Origin: Promethearchaeota archaeon Loki_b31
Lineage (GTDB): Archaea; Asgardarchaeota; Lokiarchaeia; Sigyniarchaeales; SOKP01
Assembly: GCA_005222975.1 (NCBI GenBank)
Contig: NJBI01000052.1
Span: 1 to 23,295, forward strand
Length of the DNA stretch: 23,295 bases
Direction of reading: 5' to 3'
Each line of letters opens with the position of its first letter. Within the stretch, counting starts at the first letter, position 1. Both the position numbers and the translations under genes were made by a program. Of this stretch, positions 19,984-23,295 are shown in pieces. Below the pieces are notes generated by a model. It saw only the letters and a program-made list of their open reading frames with translations, had not been told where the DNA came from and made no database searches.

Positions 19984-20544
19984 TTAATCAAAACTTAGAA
20001 AGAACGCTCTCCATACTTTAATAAGCTCACTTAGCTTTCTATAGAGCAACTTTTCAGAGTTAGTTAACTTACGCTCATAATCTACAGATAATTCTGATCT
20101 CGCTAATCTTAGCATTTTTGACAATCTACTATCAATAATATTTGTGGTAAAAGATTTAAATCGGTCTAAACCTACCTTCGGTTTATTTTTATCATATACA
20201 TCTTTTTCAATGAATGTTTTAAATTCTTTTATTTTATTTAGAAAATAAGGATTGTCTCGTTGGATTAATCTCTGATCGTCGCGTTCACTTATAGCGTATC
20301 TTTGAACATCAACATTATCGCACTTTTCGTTTGATGAAATCTTCATAATATTATTTTCTATAAAAGGAAGCGCTACAAAATACTTTAATTTGTATTTTTT
20401 ACTTTTTTCGAACGGTCCGAACGCTTCTCCTAATATTGAAAAACCGTCGTAAGCATTTATGCATTCGGTAGTTATATTCTCATTTTTAAAGATAAAATTT
20501 ACCCGATTTAAAGAATCCTTTAATTGATCTTCAATTTTTTCCAA
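19984..20544 (-). CDS. gins23: GINS complex subunit, GINS23 (Psf2/Psf3-like, B-then-A domain order)
   Basis: N-terminal beta-rich B domain (GEAFGPFEKSKKYKLKYFVALPF), then A domain ending SRLSKMLRLA...KLTNSEKLLY...IKVWR; TTG start. Confidence 0.72.
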   Translation of the reverse strand: MEKIEDQLKDSLNRVNFIFKNENITTECINAYDGFSILGEAFGPFEKSKKYKLKYFVALPFIENNIMKISSNEKCDNVDVQRYAISERDDQRLIQRDNPYFLNKIKEFKTFIEKDVYDKNKPKVGLDRFKSFTTNIIDSRLSKMLRLARSELSVDYERKLTNSEKLLYRKLSELIKVWRAFFLSFD

Positions 20545-20643
20545 TTTTTACCCACACTATAAAGCTAATTTAATAACATTCAATTCCTTTATATATTAAA
20601 TATATGTAAACAACAGAAATATAAATGTATTAAATTATTAATA

Positions 20644-21063
20644 ATGCTTACAGAACTTATCCTTTTTCTCCTTTTTATAATTTTTTTCATTATTGGGTTT
20701 ATAATAATTTACAAACAAGTTAGTTTAGTTAAAAAAGGGGAGTTTAACAACAAGGATCGCCTTCAATGCTTAATTTACGGATTTGTCTTTAGCATGGGAG
20801 TTATGGTTGTAATCGCGATGGCTTTTATATTTGCCATAAACACTCCTGAGTTTTGGCAAGGAAGCGTATTAACGACCCCAGATATTAGTCCTCTTTCTTT
20901 ACTTATCCCATTTGCGTTTTGTTTGATGTATATTTCTTTATACCCTCTTATAGATTTCTTATTTATTGCTTTAAGTTCAGAATCTGACGAGGGGCTTACT
21001 CCATTTCATAAAAAACTTCGTAATTATTTGATTTTTTTTATTTCGAGTACAATTTCTAACTAA
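20644..21063 (+). CDS. Membrane protein (about 3 TM helices), possibly 3'-truncated
   Basis: Three long hydrophobic segments; ends soon after SESDEGLTPFHKK in a short tail encoded by T-rich sequence. Confidence 0.7.
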   Translation: MLTELILFLLFIIFFIIGFIIIYKQVSLVKKGEFNNKDRLQCLIYGFVFSMGVMVVIAMAFIFAINTPEFWQGSVLTTPDISPLSLLIPFAFCLMYISLYPLIDFLFIALSSESDEGLTPFHKKLRNYLIFFISSTISN

Positions 21064-21403
21064 GAGAAAATTTCCTTAAGACTATTTTTAGGATTTCATT
21101 GACCAATATTTGAGCAATATCCTCAATGATTTCGCAATATGAGTTTACCCCCGAACCCATGTTTACAATAAAGTAAATTTTGTATCGATCTTTGTTTTTC
21201 ATGGCGAACTCGAACTTCGGGGCAGAATTCGTCTTTCATAAGTCATTTAATAAAATAATAGTTATTATGCTTTTTGATTTTGTTATCTTGCTCTCCAAAA
21301 GTATTTTATTTTTTTCGTTGAAGTATTAAATTTTTAATAATTAGTTATTAAAGAAGCTCTCCCATATTTATTTAGTAGAGAGAAATTAATGTGAAGATAA
21401 AAA

Positions 21404-21931
21404 ATGGAATTTATCGAATTATTAGTTAATTTTTTTACTACAGCAGGCGTCGTTGTTGCGTTTTTCGTTCTTATAAGGGGGTTCTACGAATATAAGCATA
21501 AAATTGCTCTCGAATGTGCTAATAAATTCTTGCAGATGAGAACAAAATTTAAAGAGACTGAACCATATTGTAAGATTTATCCGCTAATGAACGCAACCGA
21601 AAGAAAAAAAAAAGAGAGCAAAGAAAAGCTAGAAAACCTTAAAGCCCGAGAAATATACGATTTCGTTGGTTTTTTCGAAGAATTAGCGTTAATGATGAAC
21701 TCGAAGTTAATACCAAAAAAAGTCGTATTCTATTTTTTTGGTTATTATATCTTGCTTACAAGAAAGATGACAAAATATTTTTTATCAAAAGAAGAGTTAA
21801 AAGACCCCCTTTGGTCGGTATTTGTGGATTTATCTGACGAAATGAGAAAAATAGGTCGATCCTATAAATATAAAAGAAAAGAAATTCGTTTTGGTACTCC
21901 TCTTTACAAGTCGTTTCGCTTATTAAAATGA
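21404..21931 (+). CDS. Membrane-anchored protein, DUF4760-like
   Basis: Single N-terminal TM helix, then a helical domain with FVGFFEELALMMNSKLI and PLWSVFVDL, matching the pattern I associate with DUF4760 (not verified by HMM). Confidence 0.6.
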   Translation: MEFIELLVNFFTTAGVVVAFFVLIRGFYEYKHKIALECANKFLQMRTKFKETEPYCKIYPLMNATERKKKESKEKLENLKAREIYDFVGFFEELALMMNSKLIPKKVVFYFFGYYILLTRKMTKYFLSKEELKDPLWSVFVDLSDEMRKIGRSYKYKRKEIRFGTPLYKSFRLLK

Positions 21932-21986
21932 AAATAAATTATCAGTGACTATCGTTTTTAATAGTTAAACAACCCCTATCTACCTG

Positions 21987-22006
21987 AAAACCACTTAGTA
22001 AAGTGG
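21987..22006 (-). terminator. Putative hairpin plus U-tract downstream of the CRISPR array
   Basis: Minus strand CCACTT-TACT-AAGTGG-TTTT, lying between the convergent 21404-21931 gene and the array trailer. Confidence 0.3.
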
Positions 22007-22037
22007 AAGCCACTTTAATAGTTCAAGATTCGATAAC

Positions 22038-22494
22038 CGGTACACCCCCACATGTGTGGGGACAATGACTCCATTAATAATACTATGGGTACAATAGTAG
22101 GTACACCCCCACGTGTGTGGGGACAATAAAAGGTAGGTAAATCTCTATGAGTTAAATAACGGTACACCCCCACGTGCGTGGGGACAATATTTCCATATTT
22201 TATCTCCTCTTTATATCTAATCGGTACACCCCCACGTGCGTGGGGACAATTTCTTTTTAATCCTTTCTGGTATCGTAGGATACGGTACACCCCCACGTGC
22301 GTGGGGACAATTATTCCGTTTGTAAATAAGCGTCAGTATAAATCGGTACACCCCCACGTGCGTGGGGACAATTCCTCAGTAGCTTTTAAATCAGCAGGTG
22401 ACAACGGTACACCCCCACGTGCGTGGGGACAATAGCCAGAGAAGTATCCTAAAGTAGTTTATCAACGGTACACCCCCACGTGCGTGGGGACAAT
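22038..22494 (-). CRISPR. CRISPR array: 8 repeats of 29 bp, 7 spacers of 32-33 bp, type I-E-like repeat
   Basis: Repeat CGGTACACCCCCACGTGCGTGGGGACAAT (minus strand ATTGTCCCCACGCACGTGGGGGTGTACCG) starts at 22038, 22099, 22160, 22222, 22283, 22344, 22405 and 22466. Internal CCCCAC/GTGGGG stem. The two leftmost repeats are degenerate, marking the trailer end. Confidence 0.97.
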
Positions 22495-22680
22495 TACTTC
22501 TTTTTTCTTCCAAAGTGGCGAATTGGTTATTCTTCTTAATGATGTAAAATTTTGGTATAATCCAATCTCAATCATATTCTTTATTCACATCACTTAAGTT
22601 ACTTAAGTTTTTATTAGTTTTTAATACCATTTATTGCTTTTTTCTTCTTTAAACTTTAGTTTAAAGAATTTAAAATATTT
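22495..22680 (-). promoter_or_regulatory. Putative CRISPR leader
   Basis: AT-rich non-coding sequence next to the conserved end of the array; contains tandem palindromic ACTTAAGT at 22592-22599 and 22601-22608. Confidence 0.55.
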
Positions 22681-23078
22681 AAAAAAGCTCGGTAAAATTT
22701 GGTTCGAGGAAAACGCTCGCAATAAGTCTATGGCAGATAATTAATAAGGAAGGAACGAATACAAAAAAATCAATAATCTTTTTAATTACTGGCATCGTAA
22801 CGGGATTATTAGCGGGATTTACAACTTGCCTTCCTTTGTTCCTCTAAATTATATTTTACAAGTTTGTCATTTTTTCTTTAAATACTCAGTGAAATATTTA
22901 TTTGCAATTAAAAAACATAGAAAAAAAACCAATTGATTGATGATGTTGATAAGTAGTAAATTAAGAATTAGAAAAATACTAAGAGAGAGTTTAAAAAATC
23001 CTTGTGAAAAAGCGATAGTTAGAACTGAATTCCGGATAAACCAGTTTTATTGAAAAAATATTAAAATGGTGCTGTAAT

Positions 23079-23295
23079 ATGTGTGCGATGTATAATAAAT
23101 TTTTAAATTCTAACCCCTCAAACAAGGCTAAAAAAGAAAATAACTCTACCCTAGAGGAAGATTCGAGCGCTAGTTTGGATTTGTTAGATATATGGAGAGT
23201 GAATCCAGCTTATAGAGACATCAATTTAAAATATTCACAAATAAGAAGTGCGTTCGTATTAATAATATCAATCCTTACGTTTTATTTCTCTTATC
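23079..23295 (+). CDS. Partial hypothetical (probably membrane) protein running off the window end
   Basis: Open frame MCAMYNKFLNSNPSNKAKKENNSTLEEDSSASLDLLDIWRVNPAYRDINLKYSQIRSAFVLIISILTFYFSY... with no stop before the end; alternative ATG at 23088. Confidence 0.55.
   Translation, partial: MCAMYNKFLNSNPSNKAKKENNSTLEEDSSASLDLLDIWRVNPAYRDINLKYSQIRSAFVLIISILTFYFSY

Noticed and set aside
20998-21005. Trailer spacer shares ACTCCATT with the putative junction (CAST-like homing spacer?)
   Set aside because: Only 8 bp match, the rest does not align, and no Tn7-like ends or tns genes are seen.
21333-21352. Inverted repeat TTTAATAA-TTAG-TTATTAAA upstream of the DUF4760-like gene
   Set aside because: Arms are A/T only within very AT-rich DNA; expected by chance.
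22015-22435. ORFs 22015-22296 (-) and 22178-22435 (+)
   Set aside because: Translations of the CRISPR repeats and spacers, not genes.
22777-22807. Gapped similarity between spacer 22251-22282 and sequence right of the leader
   Set aside because: Requires two indels in T-rich sequence; compatible with chance.

Overview
AT-rich archaeal chromosomal window. Lokiarchaeia/Promethearchaeota (Asgard) is my inferred origin, based on archaeal-type ValRS, Topo VI A/B, a GINS23-like subunit and the protein style. Left to right: a GT2 glycosyltransferase broken by one in-frame TAA, valS, tRNA-Ala(CGC) and a glycyl-radical enzyme with no activase in the window (all minus strand); a plus-strand MoxR-type AAA+ / large vWA / SWIM-like zinc-finger trio; coaBC; an operon of a greatly expanded top6B (1138 aa), top6A, a small helical/SHOCT-like protein and pyrE; a convergent GINS23-like gene; and a membrane-protein ORF that may be truncated. 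From about 21.0 kb the sequence looks accessory: a hairpin-rich non-coding patch, a DUF4760-like membrane-anchored gene, an 8-repeat/7-spacer CRISPR array with type I-E-like repeats and no cas genes in view, and a partial ORF running off the end. Best leads: the cas-less I-E-like array on a possible insertion, the vWA protein carrying what looks like its own AAA+ lid next to a Walker-B-variant ATPase, the enlarged Topo VI-B, and the unusual glycyl-radical enzyme active site.
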